Positions 51,745-64,000 of a stretch of DNA of 64,000 bases are shown piece after piece. The notes under the pieces are model-generated. The model was not told the DNA's origin, did not search any database, and saw only the letters and a program-made list of their open reading frames with translations. Made by a program: the position numbers and the translations under genes. The number at the start of each line of letters is the position of its first letter. Position 1 is the stretch's first letter. This DNA comes from Neocallimastix sp. 'constans' (Eukaryota), in the NCBI GenBank assembly GCA_050613775.1, contig JBODTK010000011.1, positions 1,302,001-1,366,000 on the forward strand. Reading direction: 5' to 3'.

Positions 51745-52815
51745 TCATTCTTCAGCAATTTGATAATACTTCACTCTATCTCTGAATTTTATATTGGTTT
51801 CCTTGAATCCCCCAATTTCTAAATAGATTTTATTAACAACATTGGCATAAATTTCCCATTTTTCCTTACCAAGCATTTTATATTTTTCAAACATGAATGG
51901 TGTTGGTTTAATAATTGGTAATTCAGCGTAGGGTATTTTTATATTGTAAACACAAATTGTTCTTATAAAGAAAAGGAATCTATTCGTAGAACATGGGAAG
52001 TTTTTATTCGGTAAAACAATTAAAGGCTTTAACGGTAATAGAGATATGAAGGTTCCTTTTTTAAAAGTGGCTAGATATTTACCATTAGTTGTTGTTCCTT
52101 CAGGAAATACTAAGGTTCTAACATAACTTTTTTTATTATAGAAATCCTGTTGACGTTGAATAAGGGTATCTAATGCATTTTTTCTGCTTTTTTCACTTTC
52201 TCTGTTTACAAAGAAGGAACCTAGTTCTCTTAGAGCAGCTCCTACTGCAGGTGCTCTAACAAGTTCATATGTAATCAAATAGCTTACACCATATTCTTTC
52301 ATATAGGCTGCAATTTCCAGATAACCTAAATGATTACTTATATATAAAGAGAAATCTTTTTGGGAGAAATCATAATCTTCACCTAAGTATTTTTTATATA
52401 TTTTTTCGTATGGAATGACTTTTTTTTCAATAGAAATATTATTTATAAAGAAATAAATTCCAAGCCAAAAGTTCGTAGCATTCTCAATTTTTTTTCTTTG
52501 AAATTTATCGTGTTCATGATTTTTATATATTATTTTTAAGATTTTCAAATTTAGTTTAAGCATAAAATAAGAAAGTAAAACTAAGGGAAGTCTAATTGGT
52601 AATAATAAAGTCCCAATTCCAACAAATTCAAAATAATTAAGATTGTCAATTGGTACTAAGGGTGCAAATTTATATTGTATATCAAATTCATTTCCTGTTT
52701 CCTTTTCCTTATATATTTTATGTTTGTAATATTTCTTCAAAATATAATAAGCATAATTTAGACATACAAAAGCTATTAAATATATAATAGCAATAATTAT
52801 AAAACCATTTTTCAT
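51745..52815 (-). CDS. Lysophospholipid/glycerolipid acyltransferase (PlsC / LPCAT-like), 356 aa
   Basis: N-terminal TM segments, SNHLGYLE (block I), FVNR, VFPEGTTTNG, FKKGTF. Confidence 0.9.
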   Translation of the reverse strand: MKNGFIIIAIIYLIAFVCLNYAYYILKKYYKHKIYKEKETGNEFDIQYKFAPLVPIDNLNYFEFVGIGTLLLPIRLPLVLLSYFMLKLNLKILKIIYKNHEHDKFQRKKIENATNFWLGIYFFINNISIEKKVIPYEKIYKKYLGEDYDFSQKDFSLYISNHLGYLEIAAYMKEYGVSYLITYELVRAPAVGAALRELGSFFVNRESEKSRKNALDTLIQRQQDFYNKKSYVRTLVFPEGTTTNGKYLATFKKGTFISLLPLKPLIVLPNKNFPCSTNRFLFFIRTICVYNIKIPYAELPIIKPTPFMFEKYKMLGKEKWEIYANVVNKIYLEIGGFKETNIKFRDRVKYYQIAEE

Positions 52816-53488
52816 ATTTATGTTTATATATATATAAATACTTTTTTTATTTTTTTATTTTTTATTTTTTACTTTTATATTTTTATATTTTTATATTTTT
52901 ATATTTTTATATTTTTTATTTTTATATTTTTTATTTTTATATTTTTATATATTTTTATATTTTTATATTTTTTATTTTTATAATTTTTATTTTTATATTT
53001 TTTATTTTTATATTTTTTATTTTTATTTTTTATATTTAATGAAAAAAAAAAAAAAAAAAAAAAGAAAAAAGAAAAAAAAGAACAGAAAATTAAAAAAAGA
53101 ACAGAAAATTAAAAAAAAGAACAGAAAATTAAAAAAAGATCACAAAATTAAAAAAAAGATCACAAAATTAAAAAAAAAAAACACAAAATTAAAAAAAAAA
53201 AGAAAAGAAAATTAAAAAAAGATCACAAAATTAAAAAATAAGAAAAGAAAATAAAAAAAGATCACAAATCTAATTAAAATTTTATTTCTATATAAAAATT
53301 AATGATTAAAACTATTTTTATGTACATTTTTGTGTGACAAAGAACAAATTAAAAAATTATTATCAAAATTTTCTTTTCCCTAAAAAAAAAATATATTTGT
53401 TTTGATATTAATAATTTTAATAAAAATTATTATTTATTTATTAATTTGATGGAATTTTATATATTTAATTGATAGTATTTTATTAAAT

Positions 53489-53522
<34 letters not shown>

Positions 53523-54772
53523 TTCAGGTGTGTACCGCCCTATGCCCATTAATGATTTTAATAAATATTATTATTTATTTATTTGATAATATTTTATTAA
53601 ATGATGTAATTATTTATTTATTTATTTGATAATATTTTATTAAATGGTGCTAATTATTTATTTATATATTTATTTGATAGCATTTTATTAAATGGTGCTA
53701 ATTATTAAGTGTTTTATATTTATTTAATTATTTGTGGCTTTATTCTCAAAAAAAAATAGTTAGTTACATTTAATAATTTTAAATTTTTATTATTTTATTA
53801 ATAATAGCACTTGTGATATAAAACGAAAATAGAAACTTTAATTATTAATAAAATTTATTTATTAATAATTACATAAAAATAAATTAATAAATCATTTGAG
53901 ACTACGTGATATCAATTAAACGTGATTTATTATATATGATAAAAATAAAATTATGTAAAGACATAAAATTATACAAGAATATATATGTTGTTTTAATTAA
54001 TTATAATACATTCCAGAAATTAAATAAACAACAAAACAGCTATGAATTAATATAAATGATAGTGTTTTTAGCAAATTGCAAACCTAGCTAGTTTGATGAT
54101 ATTTGAGCATATATTTAGCATGTTTAATGATAAAGAGCATATGTTGTTCAACATAAAATTTATAACATAAATATTATGTTATGTTAAAATTGAAAATAAT
54201 TTATAAATTTCTTTTTATTATTTTTATATTATTTTATATTGATATTTATTTTATTATATTTTTAATTATTTAAATAATTGTTATTAATATTTTATTAATT
54301 ATAATAAATTTCTAATATTATTATTATTTTATGAATAATTCTTATTTTAATATTTTACTTTAATATATATTTTATTTTATACTTTTATATGAAATACTTT
54401 AAATACTTTATAATTATCATAAAAATTAATTAATAAAATAGTTTTTATGAATTTTAAATAAAAAAGCAAGAATAATTCTTTATAATTATTCTTTGTAATG
54501 TTCTATGCCAATTTACTTTATTATTTCTTTTATATTTTCAAGTTAATAATTTAATATATGAATTGAATAATTTATAAATTACTTTTAAATAATAAATAAA
54601 TAAAATTTTATTGCTAAAAGCTACATAAATAAAACTTCTCCCAACAAGATATTTGAACCTGGCATATTTTATCACTAGCTTTTGTTAGTATATTTTCGAA
54701 TCAGCCTGGCCAACCACTGGTTCTTAAGATATTATTAATTAGAATTTATTTATTTTAATAAATTTATAAATT

Positions 54773-55768
54773 GAGTGTGTGTCATTTCCCAAAAATTCAT
54801 TTCGGAAAAGTTTCATTTCGCAAAATTTTTTGTGTCATTTCGCAAAAGTTCATTTCGCAAAATTTTAATAAATAGATAAATAAATAATAAAATAAATAAA
54901 TAAATAATAAAAAAAAAAATAAAAAAAAAAAGAATTATAAAATATAAAATAAAAAATATAAAATAAAAAATAAAAAATAAAAAAAAAAAAAAAAAAATAA
55001 AAAATATAAAATATAAAATATAAAATATAAAATATAAAATATAAAATATAAAATATAAAATATAAAATATAAAATATAAAATATAAAAAAAAAATATAAA
55101 ATATAAAATATAAAATATAAAATATAAAAATATAAAATAAAAAAAAAAAATATAAAGTATAAAATATAAAAATATAAAATAAAAAAAAAAAATAAAAAGT
55201 ATAAAATATAAAAAAAATATAAAATATAAAATATAAAATATAAAATATAAAATATAAAATAAAAATAAAAAATAAAATATATATATATATATAAAATAAA
55301 AAATAAAAATAAAAAATATAAAATAAAAAATAAAAAAAAAATAAAAAAAATATAAAGTATAAAATATAAAAATATAAAATAAAAAAAAAAAAATATAAAA
55401 TATATATATATATATATATAATAAAAAATAAAAAATAAAAATAAAAAATATAAAATAAAAAATAAAAAAAAATAAAAAAAAAAATATAAAAAATAAAAAA
55501 TAAAAATAAAAAATATAAAATAAAAAATATAAAATAAAAAATAAAAAAAAATAAAAAAAATATAAAAAATACAAAATAAAAATATAAAATATAAAATATA
55601 AAATAAAAAATATAAAATATAAAATAAAAAATATAAAATATAAAATAAAAAATATAAAATATAAAAATATAAAATATAAAATATAAAATATAAAATAAAA
55701 AAATAAATACCACCTAAAATCATCCTAATTTTGTGCTACTTTTAACTCCCTTTTTTATGATGTCCTCA

Positions 55769-55814
<46 letters not shown>

Positions 55815-56330
55815 GAATTATTTATAAATATTTCTTTTATTAAAAAAATTTATTAGCAATTTAAGATTTTTAAAATACTGCGCAAGGACTTAAAAGGTGT
55901 AAAATGATCAATTAATTATTTAAATATTATTTTTTTTAATAATTATATTTTAAATTTAACAATTATATTTTAAATTATTATCCTTTACATCTTTTAAATT
56001 ATTAATACTTATTTTTTTTATATATATAAAATTCTTATATATATTTTAAAAAATTATAAAACGTTTAAAACATATGATAAAATATTTTATTTTTTTAAAG
56101 CGTTAATTCTAATGAATATTTATTATTATATAATGTATATTTAATATATATATGTCCATATATGTATGTATATTTTTTTTAAAAATTTAATTTTAAAATT
56201 TATTTATTTATTATAGTTTTATATATTTATTTTTATTTATTTAGTTTTTTATTTAAATTATATATATTATTTATTTATTTTATTATTAATTTATTTATTT
56301 ATTAAAAATTTTGCGAAATGCACCTCCCCC
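54773..56330. mobile_element. Non-autonomous MULE with perfect 9-bp TSD TTATAAATT, filled with A-rich microsatellite
   Basis: Left GAGTGTGTGTCATTTC with repeated CATTTCGCAAAA; right TTTTGCGAAATGCACCTCCCCC; TSD at 54764-54772 and 56331-56339. (TAAAATA)n-type fill explains the spurious ORFs at 54813-55723. Confidence 0.88.
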
Positions 56331-57138
56331 TTATAAATTAAATATTTAGTCACATGATTACTGTTTATAAATTAAATTCATACATTAATTTATTTTAAAT
56401 TTTTATTATTTAATATTAATTATATATTATATATTATTTCAGAAAGATAATTATTTTTTATCAATCAAAATTTATATTAGCTAATATTATATTAAATTCT
56501 TACAAAGTATAAAAAGAGTTGTTCAAAATCTAGTTTTATGTTTTTTGTAAGGCTATTGCATTACATTATGTGATAGTCTTTATAAATATATTATTAATAT
56601 TGAATAATTAAATAAAAATTATTTTATTATTATTATAAAAATTATCATTTCATAAAACTATTATTTCTTAAGGTATTAAAAAAAATTAAATAAGCATAAA
56701 TAATCTCTATTGAGTTATTGATTTTACTATATATAATATTATATCACTATCAATGTAATGACCTAGTAACATTCTAAATTTTATCAATTTATTAAGGCAA
56801 ATACGACTCCAAATTTGACTTCAAACTATTAATCACTCATTAATTAATTATTTGAAAAGAATAAAAATAAACATTGAAATATTTATTTTCATTAGGTAGA
56901 GTTTATTATAAGAATAAACACATCACATTATTGTAAAAAAAAAGAATTTTAAAATATGCTTTATTAAAGTATGTTTTTATCAACTATTAAATTATTTAAA
57001 ATTACAAATATGGTTATTATTTATTATTTATTATAAAATCTAAAAATAATAAATACTCTATTTCTAAAAGAGAAATCAATAATCTATATATATCAATCAT
57101 CGTATTAGATAAAATCAATAACCAAATGACAACTAATT

Positions 57139-57176
<38 letters not shown>

Positions 57177-59440
57177 ATTAAGAATAAAAAATAAATAAAA
57201 TATAAAATAATAAAATAATTAATTTTAATATTAATTAAGAATAAGAATATATTTAGATTCTTACATTGGTTTTAAGAACCTATAATTATTTCTAACAAAA
57301 TAATTATATCTTCTTAATTAAGTTATAATTAATATAGCTTTTATTAAATGCATATGACATTTATACATTAGAACATAATTAATAATTTATTTAATTATTT
57401 ATTAATAATTAATTTAGTTGAATAGTTTTTATGCATTTAGAAATAATAATAATTATTCATTTAATTATTAAATTTAGTTTTAGTTTTTTATTTAAATTAA
57501 ATTATGAACTAAAACGTTATTCTGTATTTTATCATGTATTCTGAATTTTATCATGTATTCTGTATTTTATCATATATTAAATATTTTATCAAGCACGTAT
57601 TTTACACTATTATATATTATTTCGTTTTTTTATGTAAAACTCTAGAATATAGAAACAAATAAATAGAATTATATTTTTTATGGTTGAGATAATTTTTATT
57701 ATTTTATTCTTTTTCGATCATAAAATTAAATTAAATAATCGATGAACTATGTGTTTTTTCCAATTACTTCTTGGAAGTCATCGGTTTTACATAATTAATA
57801 CGATGATAGATATAGATAGAATATCGATCGAAAACTTAATTAGATTTTTCATCTAATCTATTCCTAGATAAGAGATTTGTTAAGATGAGAAGCTCATTTA
57901 ATGTTTAACCTTATTTTCACTAAAAAGCATAAATATGCTTTTTGAGTTCTCTCTTTAATAAATCAAGAGTTATTATTATAACAACTATAATATAATAATA
58001 GTAACAATAATAAATTTAATAAAAAAATCTTTTATTTATTAATAATAAAAATTAGTTTTATACAGCAAATTTCATAATAAAAATTTCCTTTTTATGATTT
58101 TTGTGCTTTTTTTTTTTTTTTTTTTTTTTTTTTATTTATTATAATTTGTTATAATAAATTAACAAATTAAAAAGTTTAAAAAAGAACCATAGATAAGTAT
58201 GATTCTTTTCTAAAACGTTAATATTAGCGCTTAAAATTAATATTAATGATTAATAATTTAATTATAATCAGTTTTATAATTAAATTTTTACGATGATAAC
58301 ATGATATGTAGATTCTTTAGATTAAAGAAATTCTTAAATATTATTGGTCAGTAGTAAATTTAGAATAGTATATATAATTTTAGAATAATAATTATTAACC
58401 GGGGAATTCTTTTATTTATAAATTTATACTTATGATAAATTAATTCACATAATTAGCTATTTTTATATTTTAGTTCAGTATAGTAAAAGAGAGAGATTAT
58501 ATATTTTTGAGATAATTAATTATATGAAATAATTAATAAATAATAATAAACATAGATAATATTAAAAAGATATATTTATTACTTTATTTTGTATTATTGT
58601 ATGTGTTTTCTTCAATTTAATATTAGACTATTTTATTTTGTCATAATTCCCTGCCCATAAATAAATATTAATTTAGATACATAAATAAAATATCGTATCA
58701 AATTTTTGTTTATGGGTTCTTTTATTAATATTAATTTAGTTTTATTAATAATTCAACCCATAAACATGTTTATTAGTATAGTTTAATGTAATTTTATATT
58801 TAATTTACATTAATAATATGAAAGATTTCGGTGACTAATTATATTTTATTGAATGATTTTATTATATTTCAACTAGTTAATAAATTTTTTATTTTGATAA
58901 ATAAAAAATAATGTATTTTTATTGATGAATGATAATAAATAAATAAAATAAATAAACTAAATATTAAAGTGTAAATATTATTATTGTGTATATTATTCTA
59001 TATAATATTAGAATATATTATTTTGTCATAATTCCCTATTGTCATTGCCCATAAATAAATATTAATTTAGATACATAAATAAGTTAATATTATTTTAATG
59101 ATATATTTAAATAATTTTAGGTTTAGGTTAATTATTATTGTAATAATACTTTTATAATAATTAGAATAATAATAATTTTAAATAATATAATATTAAATAA
59201 TAATAACTAGGATAATTAATATAATGTTACAAAATCTTAAAGTTAATGTCTTATGATAATATATATAATAATTAATAATTTTAATATTGCATTTTAAATA
59301 GTATAAAAGGATAAAAATAACATTATTTTTAAGTGAAAGATTTTTTAATATTAGTGAAAGTACACTAATTAGTAATAAGTATCGATAAAAATTATAATTA
59401 AATAAAAATTAAATTAAATCTAAAATTTCATTACCTAAAA

Positions 59441-59561
59441 TAAAAAAAATAATTTAGACACACATTTTGAGTACCCATCTCCCATTATGACCATAACAGA
59501 TAAAAAAAATAATTTAGACACACATTTTGAGTATCCATCTCCCATTATGACCATAACAGAT
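59441..59561. repeat. 60-bp tandem duplication (one mismatch)
   Basis: TAAAAAAAATAATTTAGACACACATTTTGAGTA(C/T)CCATCTCCCATTATGACCATAACAGA twice. Confidence 0.9.
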
Positions 59562-60084
59562 ATAACTGTTAAGTGTGATTTTTGGAATACTAGTACAACA
59601 TCTTAACCAAACTTGTGGATATCATTAACAGGATGTCTTGTCAACTAATTTATTAATGATATCCATATTAAATAAGAATGAAGATGTACCCCTGTCGGAT
59701 TACCATATTTGTAAAGAAATCCTTCTTTACAAGTATGGTATTCCGCATTTCATGGATTTATTATTATTATTCATAATATTATTATTAACTTTAAATGCTA
59801 ATCTTCTAATTATTAGAATTCTTGATATTTATGTAACTTAGATCTAATCTCTATTTTACTTAAAGTTAAAGTAACCAAAGTTATTTTAATGCTATAATTA
59901 AATATCATTAATTCTTTATTATAATAATAGCAATAATAATTATAACTAAACTTTATTATATTTATAATATTAATAATAATAATAATTAAGATAATAGTTA
60001 ATGTAATATTAAAAAATATCACAGTTAATATTATATGATGGTAATAATTGTTAATTTTAATATTGTATAATAATAATAGTAATT

Positions 60085-60129
<45 letters not shown>

Positions 60130-60543
60130 TATATAGATATTTAATAATGAATAGATTCATTAATCATTTTACTAAAAATATTATAACATATATTTTATAA
60201 TTAAATTGGTAAAATTTATTAATAAATATTAAAATAAGTATAAATTGATAATAAAAAAGCAATAAATTAATTGAAAATAATAATAATTTTGAAGAAAATA
60301 GTGAAGAAGGTATTGAAGAAATATGAGAAAAAAAAAAATGAAAGAATTGATACAAAAGATAATTTTAAATATAAAATTGATATTCAAAATAAAAATAATA
60401 TTGATATTAAAAATGATAAATTATTAAGAAGCATTGATATCTAAATACAGAAGTGAATAATTAATTATATATATATATATGTAAAACTTTTCCATTAATA
60501 AAGTAATAAGAAGCTCATATGTTAAAAAATCCAAATATTTATT

Positions 60544-60578
<35 letters not shown>

Positions 60579-62403
60579 CAATAAATACTACAGACAATTA
60601 TAGAAATAAAAAAAATTTTTTTTTATATATTTACTAGTTATAATGATTTAAATTTTATTAACCAGATTTTTAATTTGAGTTTTAGCATATTATAATAATA
60701 CAAAAAATATCAATAAAATATAAAATACAATAATATTGTATATTATATTTTTTTGTTATTAAAACATTGAAAGTTCTTAATTAATATAATAAAAAATTTA
60801 TATTTCATTAATATAATTTAACAGATTTAACAAAATAAAAATATCAGTAATTAAGGTATTCAGAATACCATTACATTATTTATGAAATTAATATGTCATT
60901 GGTTTGTTTTTATCTCAAAATGTATTTTTTTTTGATTTAGCACTATTTAGATTTATGAGAGATGCAATATTTATAAATGTTTATTCATATAAAGATATTA
61001 ATATTAATTAATAATAGTAAACTTCAATTAATTTGCAGCATTTTTTTTTAAGTTTTAAAAAAAATACTTATATTATTTAAACTTTAACTAAAAATAATTA
61101 AATAATTAAATAATAAATAATAAATAATAAATAATAAATAATAAATAATTGAATAATAAATAATAATAAATAATAAATAATTGAATAATAAATAATAATA
61201 AATAATAAATAATTGAATAATAAATAATAATAAATAATAAATAATAATAATTATAATAATAATAGTTATGATAATAAATATAATATTCAAACAAATATTA
61301 ATAGTAATTTTGTAATATCCATAATATTATTAGTTATAATTTATAATTAATAGAAGTAAGGGAATAAGGAATAATTATAACCAAATCTATTTGATTAATT
61401 ATGTAATAATTAATTAGTGTTACAAATATATATATATTTTTTAATATGTTTCATTTCCTTTTTTTTTTTAAAAAAAATAATTGAATCAATAGTAACATAA
61501 TAAATAGATTATTTTAATATACCATCAGCCAATATAATTCATTTTTACTAATAGTAAATAATGATGACACCATAAAAATAAAAATAAAAAAAAAAAAGCA
61601 TAAAAAGTATAAAAATCATCGTTCAAATTAAAAAAAAAGCATAAAAAATGTTATAAAAATTATAATTTATAAAAAAAACTTTTAGAAAGAAAGAAAAAAC
61701 TTTTTTAAAAAAAAAAATTTAACTTTAAATAAAAAAAAATGTAACCAAAAAAAAAAAATCCATAATAATAATATATTATTTATTTATTATTTATTAATTA
61801 ATTAAAGTATCAATTATTAAAATATTTATAAAAAAAAAAGATAAAAAAAAAGTAATATTAATATTAAATCATCTAAAAATTTTTAAAGAATTAATAGAAT
61901 TTCTAAAAAAACAAAAAAACTATAATATATTTATTATTTTTTAATATCTATTCAAAAATAGGTTTATAAAATTTATTTAAATAAATAATAATTATCCCTT
62001 TATATTTATATAACAAATTTATTTAGATATATGTATATACATTAATATTTAAGATAAATTTATAATATAAAGTTCTAATATATTCTAATATATTATATTA
62101 TATATACTTTTATTATATCTTTCACAGTGGTTGCATATATTATAAATAATAAAAATATATAATTTACTTATATTTTAATATATTGAAATTATACAAATAA
62201 ATATATATTAAATAAAAAATATATATAATAATAAAAATCATTTAAAAGTTTTTTTTTTTTTAAAAAAAAAGTTTTTTAAATAAAATAATAAAAAGAAAGT
62301 GAGGTTGGAATTCAATCTGTTATTGTACTTGAATATTATATAATAAATAATAATTTCAAAAAAAAAAAAAAAAAAATTTATTTATATAATAGATAATTTT
62401 TTC

Positions 62404-62442
<39 letters not shown>

Positions 62443-62908
62443 GAAATAAATAAATCTTAATATATTCAATTATCATTTATAAATTTTTTTTTTTTTTTTA
62501 GTAATCATAAAGTATTTATTAGTAATTAATTATTATAAAATTAATTGATAATAAATATAGTACAATTGTTTTTTTACATATAAATATTAACAGTAAAAGA
62601 ATATAAATATGCACACAAATTTTAGTAATTGATTATTGCGTATTAAACAGATAATAAATAAATAAATAAAAATATAATATTTATTAAAATAAAATAATCA
62701 AAATTTTTTATATATTTATTTATTTTAATGTAAATATAAATTTCATATAACGAAAGCATCTTAAATAAATAAATAAATAAAGAATAAAAAATAAAGAAGC
62801 AAAACCAGTATAAATTTAAAAACTAATAATAAATAATATTATTAAATAATTGTAAAAAAAAAAAAAAAAAGAAGAAAAAAAAGAAAAAGACTTTTTTAAT
62901 AACCGTAT

Positions 62909-62939
<31 letters not shown>

Positions 62940-63184
62940 TTTTTTTTAACTAAACAAAAAGAAATTTCAATAAATAAATCAAATTTATAGAAAAGAAAGA
63001 AAAATTTATATACTTTTGTATTTTTTTTTATTATTCCCTTCTAATAAATAAAGACATTTAAATCAATACAATAACAATATATATAATTTGTTAAAAATAT
63101 AATAGTATTCTTATTATAAATAATATAAATTTAATAAAATCATTGTAACCACAGACATATAAATTCATGAGTAAATAAAAGAAA

Positions 63185-64000
63185 ATGAGTAACAGATATA
63201 GAGATAGAGATCAATACGAAAGAAGTCGTCCACAATACAATAAACTTCGTGATAACTCATATAGATCACAACATACTCATAATGACTATTATAGAAGTCC
63301 AACATCGTCATCTGCACGTGGAGGTGGTTATCGTAACCAGGATAAAGGATATTCAAGTAATTATAACCAACGTTCGAACTATAATAGTGACTCAAAATAT
63401 AATAATGGTTATTCCAGTAATTATAACAAAGATTATAATAATGGTTATTCCAGTAATTATGACAAAGATTATAATAATGGTTATTCCAGTAATTATGACA
63501 AAGATTATAATAATGGTTATTCCAGTAATTATGACAAAGATTATAATAATGGTTATTCCAGTAATTACAACAAAGATTATAAAAATGGTTATTCCAGTAA
63601 TTATGACAAAGATTATAATAATGGTTATTCCAGTAATTACAACAAAGATTATAATAATGGTTATGCCAGTAATTATGACAAAGATTATAATAATGGTTAT
63701 GCCAGTAATAATAACAAAGATTATAATAATGGTTATTCCAATAATTATAACAAAGATTATAACAAAGGTTATAACGATGATTATGGTAATTATGATGATG
63801 TTGTCGCTAGTTATGCCAATGGTAGTACACAGGGAATAGTAAATCCATCATTAGCTGGAACTAAACCATTAAGTGCTGGTCAAACACCAAAAAGTGAAAA
63901 AGTACGTAGTGTATTTTTAAATCCAAAAGTACGACAACAGTTAGAAGATAATTCAAAAAAATATACTCCATATTTCATATATTTTGTAACAGGTATTCAA
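63185..64000 (+). CDS. 5' part of a probable rhomboid-family membrane protein with a Tyr/Asn-rich repetitive N-terminus (runs off the window; not in the ORF track)
   Basis: Open frame from ATG 63185 (MSNRYRDRDQYERSRPQY...) to the window end, finishing VRQQLEDNSKKYTPYFIYFVTGIQ, which resembles the PYFTY.. motif at the first TM helix of iRhom-like rhomboids. The ORF is secure, the family call is tentative. Confidence 0.65.
   Translation, partial: MSNRYRDRDQYERSRPQYNKLRDNSYRSQHTHNDYYRSPTSSSARGGGYRNQDKGYSSNYNQRSNYNSDSKYNNGYSSNYNKDYNNGYSSNYDKDYNNGYSSNYDKDYNNGYSSNYDKDYNNGYSSNYNKDYKNGYSSNYDKDYNNGYSSNYNKDYNNGYASNYDKDYNNGYASNNNKDYNNGYSNNYNKDYNKGYNDDYGNYDDVVASYANGSTQGIVNPSLAGTKPLSAGQTPKSEKVRSVFLNPKVRQQLEDNSKKYTPYFIYFVTGIQ
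63398..63765 (+). repeat. 36-bp coding tandem repeat (~10 copies) encoding YNNGYSSNYDKD
   Basis: TATAATAATGGTTATTCCAGTAATTATGACAAAGAT units. Confidence 0.93.

Noticed and set aside
54813..55723. Long hydrophobic minus-strand ORFs
   Set aside because: Microsatellite fill of a non-autonomous MULE.
63249..63839. 196-aa I/M/V/T repeat ORF
   Set aside because: Shifted frame of the coding repeat in the gene starting at 63185.

Overview
Extremely AT-rich eukaryotic DNA; the composition, microsatellite-filled intergenic regions and gene types are most consistent with an anaerobic gut fungus (Neocallimastigomycota), which is an inference. Main content: (1) several Mutator/MULE DNA transposons and non-autonomous derivatives, two with perfect 9-bp target-site duplications (TSDs). 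(2) A secreted, probably GPI-anchored protein. (3) A nested pile of related single-ORF non-LTR retrotransposons (APE-RT-Zn finger) at 13-26 kb, including two near-identical intact copies, one inserted into the 5' UTR of the other. (4) A frameshifted bacterial-type PI-PLC gene. (5) The main finding: two tandem paralogous loci where the ORF track shows a separate giant ankyrin ORF and a separate trypsin-like protease ORF. A conserved 31-nt micro-exon and two GT-AG introns join them in frame into single predicted proteins of about 2274 and 2388 aa, with an N-myristoylation motif, a long array of recently shuffled 39-aa ankyrin repeats, a trypsin-like protease and an unknown C-terminal domain. One paralogue has the canonical catalytic Ser, the other Cys. 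This looks like a candidate sensor-protease (innate-immune-like) receptor pair. (6) A bacterial-like GNAT acetyltransferase, a lysophospholipid acyltransferase and the 5' part of a probable rhomboid-family gene. All calls are from reading the sequence by eye; no searches were run.
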